Of a DNA stretch of 64,000 nt, positions 51,311 through 62,440 are shown piece by piece. The stretch is taken from positions 88,724,001-88,788,000 of the forward strand of contig NC_045696.1 in assembly GCF_009834535.1 (NCBI RefSeq), given 5' to 3'. A program made the position numbers and the translations under genes. Each line of letters opens with the position of its first letter. Within the stretch, counting starts at the first letter, position 1. This DNA comes from Camelus ferus (Eukaryota). The notes beneath the pieces were generated by a model. It was not told the origin of the DNA. It searched no databases and saw nothing but the letters and a program-made list of their open reading frames with translations.

Positions 51311-53739
51311 AAAAATATATTACCTAAGTAGTTCAAGATCAAAATAGAATAAAACAAATGCTTCAAATATTAACACGCAAAATTAAGCTATTACTTTTTA
51401 AAAATCTGAGTCCCTAATGAATTAAGTTATTACTTTTTCAAAATCTGAGTCCAGTTATACATATATAACTGGAAAAAAAATCTGAGTCCATAATGAATTA
51501 TGTGCCTACATTTAAATTAGACAGATCCCAGGGACCACTTTCATCTGAGACTGAATAATACACATTTTTTAATTTTAAAATCATTGTCAGGGAAATGAAA
51601 TCATTTAAGAGAAATGAAGATACTGTGCTGTTTCTTAGTCTTGGGAAAGCTACAGTTTGTAACAAAACATAAATTATTCCTAGTAACGAAGTAGAAGAGT
51701 AATAAATAACTTTCCATTGGAATAAATTAGATATTATTTATAATGTATATTTTCATTGTTTTAAAATGTGTCCATTTAGTTAAGCTATGACAGAAATAGT
51801 GTTCTACAAAATGGGGAGTTAACCATCAACAAATATTTTACGAGTCCCAGGAAGTGTCTAAATATAAGGGAGAAAGGAAACAAATTAACAGCCAAATTCA
51901 TGCTATTCTCACTATTGTCCAAATTCGCCCTTCCATCAACTGCCCTCTTTCATGTTGATGGTGTCACATTGGGAACCTCGACAGCAGTCTTACTACTTCA
52001 AGAGGGTCTCCAATTCATCCTTTCCCCCTCTTTCAGCAACTGTCCACACCCCTGGGTTTCATCTTCACTGCTCTGTCCCAGGCTTCCAGTGGACAACCCC
52101 CCCTACACACACACCCTTTCTCTATTTTGTTTGTTCACGTCAATCCTCTATATAGATTAGAGGAACAGATTACCAAAGCTTGGATTTAAAAGCCATTCCT
52201 TTGCTCAAAAATACCCAAGGGTTCTCCAATATCGATAGGCTCCTCAGCGTGGCTTTCAGCATCAGTGCTGACGACAGTTCCAGCAGCATCTCCCACTTCT
52301 CAGCTGTGTGCACCATAAACTCCAGGCCAAGGCTCTTCAACTGTGTCCCAGCACACAGATGGATCTTATCATTTAAGTAGTCACAATTTGTGACCCATAT
52401 TGGCTCAAGTACCAAAACTTATTAATTATTTACTTTCTAAACTAAGCTAGCAAGGATTCAGGTTTATTCCTATGTCTTCTCATTTACTTGCATTAGAAAT
52501 GGGGATGGAATTTCTGCTAGACACTGGGAACTGCCCATAACCCTGGGTTCCCCATGGAGGTGTGTTACACATGAAATCATATCTGTCACGTGAGTCACAG
52601 TGGAAAGCTGTTCCAAACCAGGGTTCCTCAAGGAGTAGCATCGCTAGAGGTACCTTCCACCTGCAGAGGGAGCACACCCTGCCTCACTTCAAATTATGGC
52701 CAATAGTTAAACTTTAAAAGCCGCCCTCCTCATAAAGAGCAAGAGGAGAGGGACACAGGGACTCTGGAAGCAACCAGACACTAGCAGAAGAACCTTTTTA
52801 GAATCGCTCTACTCCATCAAGATGGAGACAGCTTATTAAAAAGTTGGAGGCCAAGAATTTAATTTTATGGATTTTCTACTCACAGCGCTGATACGGAGTT
52901 TCTTTTTTAAACAAATATACTTAATTAAAAAATAGTCAATCTAAAAAAATAGGATTAAGTATATCATAACACAGAAGGTACTCAAATATGGAAGAAAATG
53001 AGTGGGCCTCTAGATGACAGCAGATGGGGAAAGCCTGCTCTAAACCAATGAGCTCCCTGCCTGTCTTACCACTGTGCCTGCATTTTACTTCCTCTAGTCC
53101 ATTTTCACACTTGTTCTTCCACCTATAATGTCATCTTTTCATTCTCCCTCCACCCAGTCTCTGTCTACTGAAATGCCAGGAAATAATCAAACGCCAGTTC
53201 CTCTTCAAAATTGTCCAAGACTCCCCAGGCTCCCTCAGACAGGCAGCACCCTCTTGTAGGTGGTCGAACTACATCCTGTAGTTCTATTTAAAAAAAAAAA
53301 AAATCATCTCTTGAAGTAGATGGAATGCTTCCTGAGGGCAGGGAACACACTGATTCATCTTTGGGCATTACAGAGAGCATACTACTGTTTGCCACATGTG
53401 GCAAACTATACAGAAAATGTAGGTTTATTTGAACTGAATTTCTAAACAGTCTGTTCAGAAGATACACCAAGGTCAGCAGTCAGGATCCTACCTTCGCCTT
53501 CAAAGAGTTGCCAAGCACAGAATAGGTGTGGGTACTAAAGGGAAAGTGTGTTCCCCCTTTTGGGCGCAGAAATGTTAACGTGCCATTTTAAACTAAAATA
53601 ATCTGAATTTTTTCTTCAACCATAAGGCATTTGTTCACGCTTAATCCACAGGCCTCTTGTACATCAGTAATGTGGGGGCCCATTTACTAACAGCAGCTGT
53701 AATGTCTGAAAAGCAGATCATTCATTGTATCACTCATAA

Positions 53740-54320
53740 TTTATTTATTTGGAACTAGTATATCTTATTTCAGAAAGGATTCAATAAAACTTACATAAAT
53801 ACATACACTACAAGAGAAAATGACATATTGAAGAGGAAATAGAGAAAAATGGGACAAAGGAAAACTAAATGGAGGAAAGATAAGCTGTCCTAGGAATGAG
53901 GTTCATGTGCCAAATTAGTAAAATTCTGCACACTTGATAGAGGCAGGTCAGAGGTTTGGCTCTAACATTCCTAGCAGCCAACAAACACAGGATGATCCAA
54001 TCAGCTACATGATTCAGCATCCTTAAGATAAAAACAAAAAGCTCTCAGAGAACACTCTCTCCCTTGGTCCTCATAAAGAAGATACTATATAATGTAACAA
54101 ATAAAGTCCTCAATGACTTCTCTGCAGTTGATTTATCAGAGAGCTTTGGAAGACCGTCCCTCATAACAGTCCTCACGGGCAAATGCCAGCACAAAAGTCA
54201 GTAAGTGCAAAATGACAGAGAGGGACACGATCAGGGCAAGGTGGGGTCCAGGTACACAGCTCCCTGCAGGTCTAGATTTATCAGAAACAGATTTGATTCT
54301 ATCTAGACTAACCTAAAATC
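53740..54320 (-). mobile_element. Possible L4/RTE-X remnant
   Basis: tttatttatttggaact...ttcagaaaggattc...cttaca resembles an antisense RTE-X 3' end; highly degenerate. Confidence 0.35.
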
Positions 54321-54324
54321 CAGA

Positions 54325-54460
54325 GGCTTCAGGCATCCACTTCGCTTTGAAATTATAAACAAAACTTGATGTTCATGTCCATTTTTCTGGGGGATATGTC
54401 TGTGGTTTCATAACATCCTCAAAGAGAAGAATGACTCAAGAAAAGTTAAGAACCACTGAT
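54325..54460. mobile_element. MER103-like hAT MITE fragment
   Basis: catttttctggggga...ctcaaag...aaaagttaagaaccactg. Confidence 0.6.
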
Positions 54461-54962
54461 CTAAAGAACTTGACTGTATACATCCTTCAGGCAACCCACC
54501 ATAAGCAGTTTTTCTTCTGAGCTTCTGAGAAGTGATAACTCTCAAGACTATAGCTCCTGACAAGTATCTGAAGTACAGCTTCTCTCTGATGTGAAGTGTG
54601 GAACTCTAAGCTTAAACCCCTGACCAAACTGTGTGTCAATTGTATGATATGTGACCTTTAATACAGTAATGCCCATAAGCATATAGAGCGCATAACAATT
54701 GTTTTTCTAGGTAGAGTTCAGCTATGAACGCTGACAAAGTTGCCTGAAAGGATGGGTAATATTTCTTCTAGTTAATTTTTAAAAAGTTTAAAAAAACAAA
54801 ACACCTTTTGCCTGTGGATAAAAATTACAGATAAGCAAAACAATTTTCCTAGATAAACATCATTTATAACTTTAAAAATAACCTTTCCACATTAGTTGAT
54901 ACAATCTGAGTTTTTTTTAACCTTTCTGTTTTAATTTGCATTATACAGCAAAACAATCACTT

Positions 54963-54968
<6 letters not shown>

Positions 54969-55008
<40 letters not shown>
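54969..55008. repeat. (CA)20 microsatellite
   Basis: Perfect dinucleotide run, read directly. Confidence 0.97.
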
Positions 55009-55012
<4 letters not shown>

Positions 55013-55519
55013 CAACCATCCACCCATAGTATGGTAGTTAGAATGTCTCAAGGGTTTAAGAGCATAAAGTGAGGAACCTGGCCTGTAGAACCTCCAAGAC
55101 ACAGCTCATTAAGATATGATCCACCTAGAATTCACAGCCATCCAGAGTATAGTCCCCAGCATAACATGTTCAGAGACATATCTTTGTCAAAAATACACAG
55201 CTGAAGAGACTGAGAACTAACTCAAGTTAACTCAACTCCTAAGAGGCTGAAGTACAAATCAGAATACCAATTTATTAACTAATCATAAAGAATATTCTTT
55301 TTTCCGAATTATAAAATTTGCACCTGAAGCCAGGATGCTGCTTTCCCAATGCTAAGATACCTGGAATCCTAAATTAATAGTCAGTTCACCAGTAGTGATC
55401 AAAGCTATGGCTTTCACAGGTAGTCTCCTTCCTTCCTTGGATACTGATGCCCCAACACTGCAGACTTTTTGGTCTTTAAGCTTTCTTCTTCCACAACCTT
55501 CTCTCCATCAAGTATTTCT

Positions 55520-55700
55520 CTAGACAGAGTATTATGCAACTGATGAAGGTTAAGACCTTCATTATTATCCATATTTTTTAGATTAAAAACTCCCTGATAA
55601 AGTTGCAAAAACAACTTGCCCAACGTCACAGTTAGTATAAGACAGAGCAGAGATTCAAAACCAAATCTCAAGCCAAAGCCTACACTTTTAACCTTGCAGT
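55520..55700 (-). mobile_element. MIR SINE
   Basis: caacttgcccaacgtcacagttagta...agattcaaaacca...ccaaagcc. Confidence 0.65.
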
Positions 55701-56932
55701 AAATGATGCCTTTAAGGTGTCTTTCCCAGGGCCTCCCACCTCCCAGTTTGATTTAAATGACCCTCTTCGGTATTCCAATAACACCCTCAGCACACCATGT
55801 CTATAATTTCTGGTATACAGGTCTATCTCTCTCACCACACTGAAACTTTCTGAAGATGGGAATCATGTTTCATTCACCCTCATATCCCTAGTGTGCTATT
55901 TACTCAGGCAAATATGCAAACTAATTTGTCCACTGGTTTAATATAAAGATCATCAAACCGAAGGCCTTGAACAAGACATGTAGCCTTAGGAAGGTCACAA
56001 ATACTCCTACCATCAATAAACATCTCATCTAAAATACAGGATGAAACAGATTCACAAGGTGGCTTAGGGTCTTTCTGTATCTAAAAGCACTACCACTGTA
56101 GATGGGCCCTGATTTTTATTAGTTTGAATTACTAGAAATAAAGTTTAACTCCTCATTCATCTTCCGTGACACTCTACAGACAACATATAAAGGTATACAG
56201 ACAGAGAGTTCAGAAAAAGCTCCCTCTTTTCTGAAAGGAGATAACTATCATCTACACCAAAATCAAACAGTGGCACCCTCCTCTGGTGAATATTAAAGGA
56301 GCTAAACAACACAAAATACAAAAAAATTAGATGGTGGGATTTTCTTCGGATGAAAGAAAAAGCAAGAGAGAAATTACCTAAGATTATTTGTTATCGCATT
56401 CCCAATAGCATTTAAATAGTTTGTTTTTAAACTACTTATTTTGCCCCAAAACAAAGCCAGAATGAATGAACTGACTATATACTGTATACAGTTATAGATG
56501 GAACAAATTATTCTATTTTTCAGGGTACTGATATTATTAACTATTTTGCAAACAGCAAGCTTTTTAATATAAGGAACAATGAAATGCATTTCATAGGGTG
56601 GCTAACAATGATCAGCTCGTTTACTATCTAAAAATTTAATGAAAAATTCCTATACAAGTAAAATATTTCTAGTTAAATAAAAGCATTTAGCATGTCCCTT
56701 CTCTGAATGGTGAATTTGCCAGAAGATAGTACTGTAAATTTTTCAACCTAAAATCTATTGGGGTCTTCAATGTTCAGATTTTAGAATATCAACTTAGAAG
56801 AAAAATTTAAATACCCATTCACTTACACATGTAGGCTCAAAACATGCAATACAGCATACCCAGACATACATAACCCAAAGTTTCACAGCATTAATATTAC
56901 ATCCAAACCTGTAAATTAAGAATAAAACTGTG

Positions 56933-57120
56933 GGGGAGGGTACAGCTCAGTGGTAGAGTACATGCCTAGCATGCATGAGGTCCTGGGTTCCATTCCCAGT
57001 ACCTCCATTAAAATAAATAAATAAATGTAATTACCTCCCCCTAAAACAAAAACAAACCCCTCCAAAAATTAAAAAGAAAGTTAAAAAATAATTTTTTAAA
57101 AAAATAAATAAAAATTTTAA
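56933..57120 (+). mobile_element. tRNA-Ala-derived SINE (Vic-1-type)
   Basis: gggagggtacagctcagtggtagagtacatgcctagcatgcatgaggtcctgggttcc...taattacctccccc plus A-rich tail; 15-bp TSD AAGAATAAAACT(G/A)TG at 56918-56932 and 57121-57135. Confidence 0.92.
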
Positions 57121-58878
57121 AAGAATAAAACTATGCTAAGACAAGAAGCAGATTATCATCTGCCAACAATTTTAACATAAAAATACAAAATAAATATAAG
57201 CTTTATTAAATGACTTCCAACAGATAAGGCACATAAAATGAATATACAGACATTCTGACTGAAGCTAAAAAATTAATTAGCCATTATATTGATAACCTTG
57301 TCTTGCAGATATGTTTTTATCCAAATACACAGCATTTCTTCCCTCAGTTAACTACACCTTTCATCTTCCCTGTGACCAAGGGGAAAGGAAGGAACCCCCC
57401 CTACGTTACAGGAGAGGCTACAAAATTACAATCAATGAGAAACCTTTATTTTAAAAGACAGAACATACAAAGGGCTAGGGTGGCTGGAAAATAGCAAAAC
57501 CTGATTTCATCTCTACTAAATAAATTTTCCAACTAAGTTTGTCATTAATTGCAAAGTTGGTTCTACAAGGCAGGTAGATACAGTATGTTGGAATGATTAG
57601 CAGATTGGTGGGTGAGGTGACTTTGTATCCAAAAGAGAATGCAGTTAAGATAACCAATTGAAAGCTCTCTCAGTGTTCACCCAAAACAAAGGCCAAAGAA
57701 CAAGCTTGAAAGAGAATGACATCCCCTAGAGCCCACCCAAAGACCAGAAGGGCCAAGAAGAGAATTAAGGGAAAGGGGGAAAAGCTGGGTGGGAGTTCGG
57801 GGCTGTGGGAGGAGAGGGAAATGATGAAGAAGGGGTGGCGAAGGGGGGCGCGGGAATACGGGTAAAAATGTAGGTTGAAAAGGGGGGAAAAAGTATGCAG
57901 CAAGAAACTGTTCCAAACTGCCAAACTTAGAATAACGGGGTATCTGGCCTGGTGCTCTTTGGAGCACGGCGCAGAAGCCATATCTGCCACTCACTTCGCC
58001 TGGGCCAATGCCCAAGGACCAAAGCCAACTCTCGCCCCGACCTCCTGGAAATCTAAGCCCGGGAGAGCAATCTGGGTGCCGCAGAAATTTGGGAGAGGGA
58101 CCTGAACCGGCGTCTAACCTCATCTCTTGCTCCCGCAGGAACCCCAAATTTAGAAGGAATTTACAAGCAAGAAGACGTCTGCGTCCCACGCCAGCCAGGG
58201 GGCAGGGACCAGATCCGAGCACTGCTGCCTCTGCGGGCACCGACACCTCTGCAAATGCCAGAAGCATCTCCGTCCTGCGCCTCGATTCGGCTAAACGCAG
58301 GCGGCCAGCGAAGAGCTGCTGTCAAGTGGCCGGGTGGCACTGGCAAAGTTAATGGAACTGGGAAGAAGCGCAGCGCTGCCCCTCGGGTTTCTCCTCAGGG
58401 CACAGGCGATGGGAAGGAGTCAGAGGTTCCTTCATCCTCTCTAAACCCTCGCAGACTCGGCTCCACTGAGTCTGTCTTTTCCCGAACGAGAATCAAAGAA
58501 TACTATCTTCCTTCTTTGTGCTAGGGGAGCTGAGGCCTCACGCCAAAGTTCATTGTTGAAACCATTACCTCTCCCAGCAAAACTAGCAGTCATTTGCTGG
58601 GTTTTGGCCTTGGGAAACCTCATATATTATGAAGCACAAAATAGGTTATGGATGACCCTACCTCCCCGACATAGGACCCTCAGTACAAGAGGTCTAGATC
58701 CAGCAGTGTTTTTGGCAACTTGGCCACATGTGGAACTAGTGGCTTTGTCCAGCCCGGCACCAGGTCATCACCACGCCTCTCGCACTCAGGTCCTACCCTG
58801 CCGCTCACACAACGTCCTGTTATTTATGCGCGCGCGCGAGCGCGCAGGCACACACACAGAGCTCCAGAAAACTCTTAC

Positions 58879-59277
58879 CTCGCCTCCGTGGCCGTCGAAG
58901 ATCCCGAAGATGGACGGATGTGTCTTGTTGGCTAGGTCCGTAAGAACTTCGAAGCGGTCCTCCATGTGGTCTCTCCGGCCCTGGATGGAATACACGGCCA
59001 CATTGTGGCTCTTGAACTCCCAGGTCTTGGAAAACTCCGCCTCCAGCACGTCGAGCCCCCCGAGCCGATCGTTCTGCATGATTTCAGCCACCTTGCCCTT
59101 CACCATCTTCACGGCGTCCCGGCTGGACTTGACGATGGTCTTCACCTCGTCCGTGTGGAAGAAGTAACTCCACAGCGCCAAGCTGATGCACAGCAGGAAG
59201 AGCGTCTCGGGTCTCAGCAAGAAGTAGCGCATGATGCGACCCAAGAGAGACAGCAAAGTCATCGTATCCTCTATCAT
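58879..59277 (-). CDS. PPM1L: PPM1L coding exon 1 (aa 1-133): N-terminal transmembrane anchor plus start of the PP2C catalytic domain; remaining exons lie beyond position 1
   Basis: Translation MIEDTMTLLSLLGRIMRYFLLRPETLFLLCISLALWSYFF...GRRDHMEDRF...IFGIFDGHGGE is the recognisable PPM1L N-terminus with PP2C motifs RxxMED and DGHGG. It ends at a consensus donor GAG|GTAAGA (phase 0, 399 nt) and lies in a CpG island. Confidence 0.97.
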
Positions 59278-60075
59278 TTATTATCGCTAGAGCCCCAACC
59301 ACCAGCAGCGACGCGCGCCCCGAAGGCTCGCCGGGTCCCGGAGCACTGCGGAGACGGCCCGCGCGGAGAGAGGCGGAGCAGCAGCCGAGGGTGGAGGGGG
59401 AGGAGGTTCGCGGAACCTGCCGGGAGGCGGACGAGCAGGCAGCTCCAAGCCCGCACGGCGAACAGAGGCAGTTTCTCTTTTGTCTCCGGGCCTCAGCGGC
59501 CCAGAGGCCCGCGCCCTGTGCACCGGAGCCTTGTCCGCCGCTCGCGCCGCCTCCCCTCCCTACGCCCCTTTGTGAGGCGGCGGCGGCCAAGACAGTGGCG
59601 GTGGCAGCAGCAGTTGCGGGTGCCGGGCTAGAAGAGAGGAATCAAGATAAAGTTGCGCCGGGCGGGTCGGCCGAGGTGGGCGGGAGAGTTTAGAGGCGCT
59701 GGCGCCCTTTCGGCTCCTCCGCGGGTGCCCCCTGGCCGCTTCGGGGAGCGTTCAGCAGGTAAGGAGGCGCGGGGCGCGAGAGCCTGGCGGGCAAGGGATG
59801 CACGTCCCCTTGGTCGCAGCTGCAGGGGAGCGCAGAGCGGGCCGAGCGCTTGGAGTCCTTCAGACACCCCAGGAGGCCCCAGAGAATAAAAGTTTTGCTG
59901 GAGCCTGGGCAGAGGCGGGGGTACGCGGAGCCCGGCGACGCAGCACGATAGGTGCGGAGCCGCAAGCGGCCGGCCGCGCTCTGCCTGCCTCTCCTGAACA
60001 CCTCCCTGCTCTGCTCCGCTTCGCTCGGCTTCGGCTCGTCTCGCGCGCTCCCTCCTCGAGCCCCGGCTCGCGCTC

Positions 60076-60130
60076 GCCCCGCCCAGCGCGCGCTCGCCCC
60101 GCCCCGCCTCGCCCCGCCTCGCCCCGCCCC
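60076..60130 (-). promoter_or_regulatory. Tandem GC-box (Sp/KLF) cluster, probable PPM1L core promoter
   Basis: GCCCCGCCC / GCCCCGCCTC repeated about five times, with no TATA. The TSS is inferred just to the lower-coordinate side. Confidence 0.7.
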
Positions 60131-62219
60131 TTGAGCCGGGATTCGAGGCCCGGAGGTGCCCGCGCGGAGCTGTCAAAAGCTGAAGCGACTCGGCGGCAGC
60201 TGGCGCTCTTGCAGCTCCAGGCGGTCCGGGCGAACCGAGGGGGAGGGAAGGGGCGCGGCCGCGGCCGAGTTCGAGTGGATGGTCGTTTCTGCCTCCTGTG
60301 CGAGCTCTCAGAACATTATAATACTGACCCTGGTAGTCTGAACGGTGGTTTCCCGGGAGCTACTGCTACCAGCTGGAAAGCAGAGGGCCGCACGTGAGCG
60401 TCCCCCCCTCCGGCTGGCGGCACGGTAGTGCGGTCCCCGCCTCGCCAGGCATAAGGCAAGCGAGAAGGGACGTACTTCTCTTGGCTCGCAAAGCGAGGCG
60501 GAGAGGATCGTCGGTTTTCTGTGACAGAGGCCTCCCTGAGTCTCCCCAGAGGCAGAGAGAGAGCGTCGGGCCTCAAAGCCGTCTCCGATTGAGAAAAAAA
60601 CCTCCCGAGAACAGTAGGATGTGAAGACTCAGAGTTACGTGGAAGTGCGCTCTGATGATAACCTCGGGAGGCGCGAGGATCAGCTGGCCTCTCTACAAGC
60701 TGCCGCCTCACCTGGAGCGGGGACTTAGCCACGAAGGCCTTGGTTGGTCCTACCCTTCCCCCGAGAAACACCAGGGTCTCCCAGTGGAGCCTGGGACGCT
60801 CCTGACCCTGCCGCGGGGCGAGGAGCTGACTCTTCTGTTTAGGCTTGCCGGTGGTGCCTTTGAAGCTCCGAACTAGCGGCCTCCCTCCACCTCCTCAGTC
60901 ATCGCAGGGGAAGGTGAAGTGGGGGCGGGAGTCTTGAGATGAGCAGAAGTGAGTAGAATTTGAGAAGCCATCAAGGATAACTTGTTGAACTATGGGCAGG
61001 TGTCGGTGGCCTTGAAGATGTTGGGGAAAGAAGAGAAGAATGTACAAATCAGCTTAGAATAAGGAAACAAGTGAGCTTTAAAGGAAAATATTCACTCTCG
61101 CTAACCCTGTCCAGGAAGAAGAGTGCTGATCTTCTGCAGCTCCTAGTCCGATAGACTGGAGAGTAGAGGCTGCCTGATTCCCAGTAAAAGAAGTAAAATA
61201 CTAGAAGGAAATACACCAAAATGTTTACGATGGTTAACTACAGTAGTAAATTATATGTGGTATTCATTTTCTGTTAGGAACTTTTGTCTGTTTCCTACAA
61301 TTTTTCCATTTTTTTTAAACAAAACTCATAGATTACCATCTTAACCAGAAGAAAAAATGAAAACTTTGACATTTAAATGGCATATATTATATGATCTCAA
61401 TTACATACTTATGCATAGAAAAGGAAGGAAATGTGAAGAATTGTTAACTGTGTTATTTTTGACAACTAAGATATGGTCTCTTGTTCTTCACACTTTTTGC
61501 TATTTTCCACTTGATAAATAGAGGAAATAAGCAGTTTAGAAATAAATTAGGTCGTTCTGTTCAAAAGTCATAAGTCATGAGGTTCCCAAATAAGATAATG
61601 AATTCAAAAGCCTTTAGGAACTATAAAGCAAAGGTAATGCATTAGTGTTATTATGAAGATGAGATTATAATATTTCTTACTGTAAATTACCTTTGGCTTT
61701 CAGGTGCATTATCAATGTCTCTGTGTATGAATCTGTTTCTGGCAAAGGCAACTTGCAAATAAGCTGATCAAGACTCCAAAATTACAAGTCAAACCAGGCT
61801 CTGGGGTAGAAAAATTCCAAACCTAGGGCCCAATCTGGCCTGTCCACAACATTACTACATTGATGACAGCAGCAAATATTCCTGAAAGGCATGTTTCTCC
61901 CATACCTAAAAAAAGAAGAGAAAGGACCATACTGGTCTCTTGGGAAGAGAAATAAAAGAAGAGGGCCTGACTTAATTAATCTAGATATGCTGCAGACTCT
62001 CTGGAGATAAGCTTTGACATTTTCATGTAAGTTGCTAATTTGTGTGAAAATCAATAAATGATTTTTCAAGCAGGCCCTACAGGCATTTTCATATTTCTAT
62101 TAAGAAATTAATGTAATTTACCTAGTGATTTTTAAAAGCCCTAGATAAGCTTTTTGTTATAGCTTACTGTGAATTTTATGATATTCAAGAAAATTTTTTA
62201 AAAATCTTCCTCTGGTGAC

Positions 62220-62440
62220 AAACTAACATTTGCATATTCCTTTAGATTGTTAAAGTTCTTCATGTATATCAACTTATTTCCATTCTCATAACAATCCTAT
62301 GAAGAAAATAGAGGGGCTATTATCTCTTTTTATAAATATAAGGAAAGTGAGACACAAAGATGTTAAATGAATACCACAATTCAGCAAATAAGAAGTTGGA
62401 AACAAACTCATTTCTTCTGACCACCAATTCAGTACTCTAA
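62220..62440 (-). mobile_element. MIR SINE
   Basis: ttctcataacaatcctatgaag...aggaaagtgagacacaaagatgttaaatga. Confidence 0.7.

Larger units (their letters stand above)
1..58878 (-). other. PPM1L: PPM1L intron 1 (partial)
   Basis: Begins GTAAGAGT at 58878 on the minus strand. No continuation of the PP2C domain appears in any ORF of the window, and the sequence is repeat-dense. Confidence 0.88.
58780..60900. promoter_or_regulatory. CpG island covering the PPM1L promoter, 5' UTR and exon 1 (weaker shore to about 57800)
   Basis: Very GC-rich with dense CpG against an AT-rich, CpG-depleted background. Confidence 0.93.

Noticed and set aside
51900..52415. Cluster of ORFs suggesting a processed pseudogene
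   Set aside because: No recognisable protein, polyA or TSD; the sequence resembles degenerate L2.
56933..57007. Apparent tRNA-Ala gene (also at 38991, 49084, 51164)
   Set aside because: SINE tails, TSDs, stem mismatches and a damaged B box show these are retroposed SINEs.
58786..58878. C-terminal 30 aa of the 163-aa ORF (VRVFWSS...)
   Set aside because: Read-through past the GT donor into intron 1; PP2C similarity stops at DGHGGE.
57670..60876. Many long overlapping ORFs (100-221 aa) around the CpG island
   Set aside because: Expected from stop-codon scarcity in GC-rich DNA and the antisense of a real exon; low-complexity R/P/G/A products, many with TTG/GTG starts.
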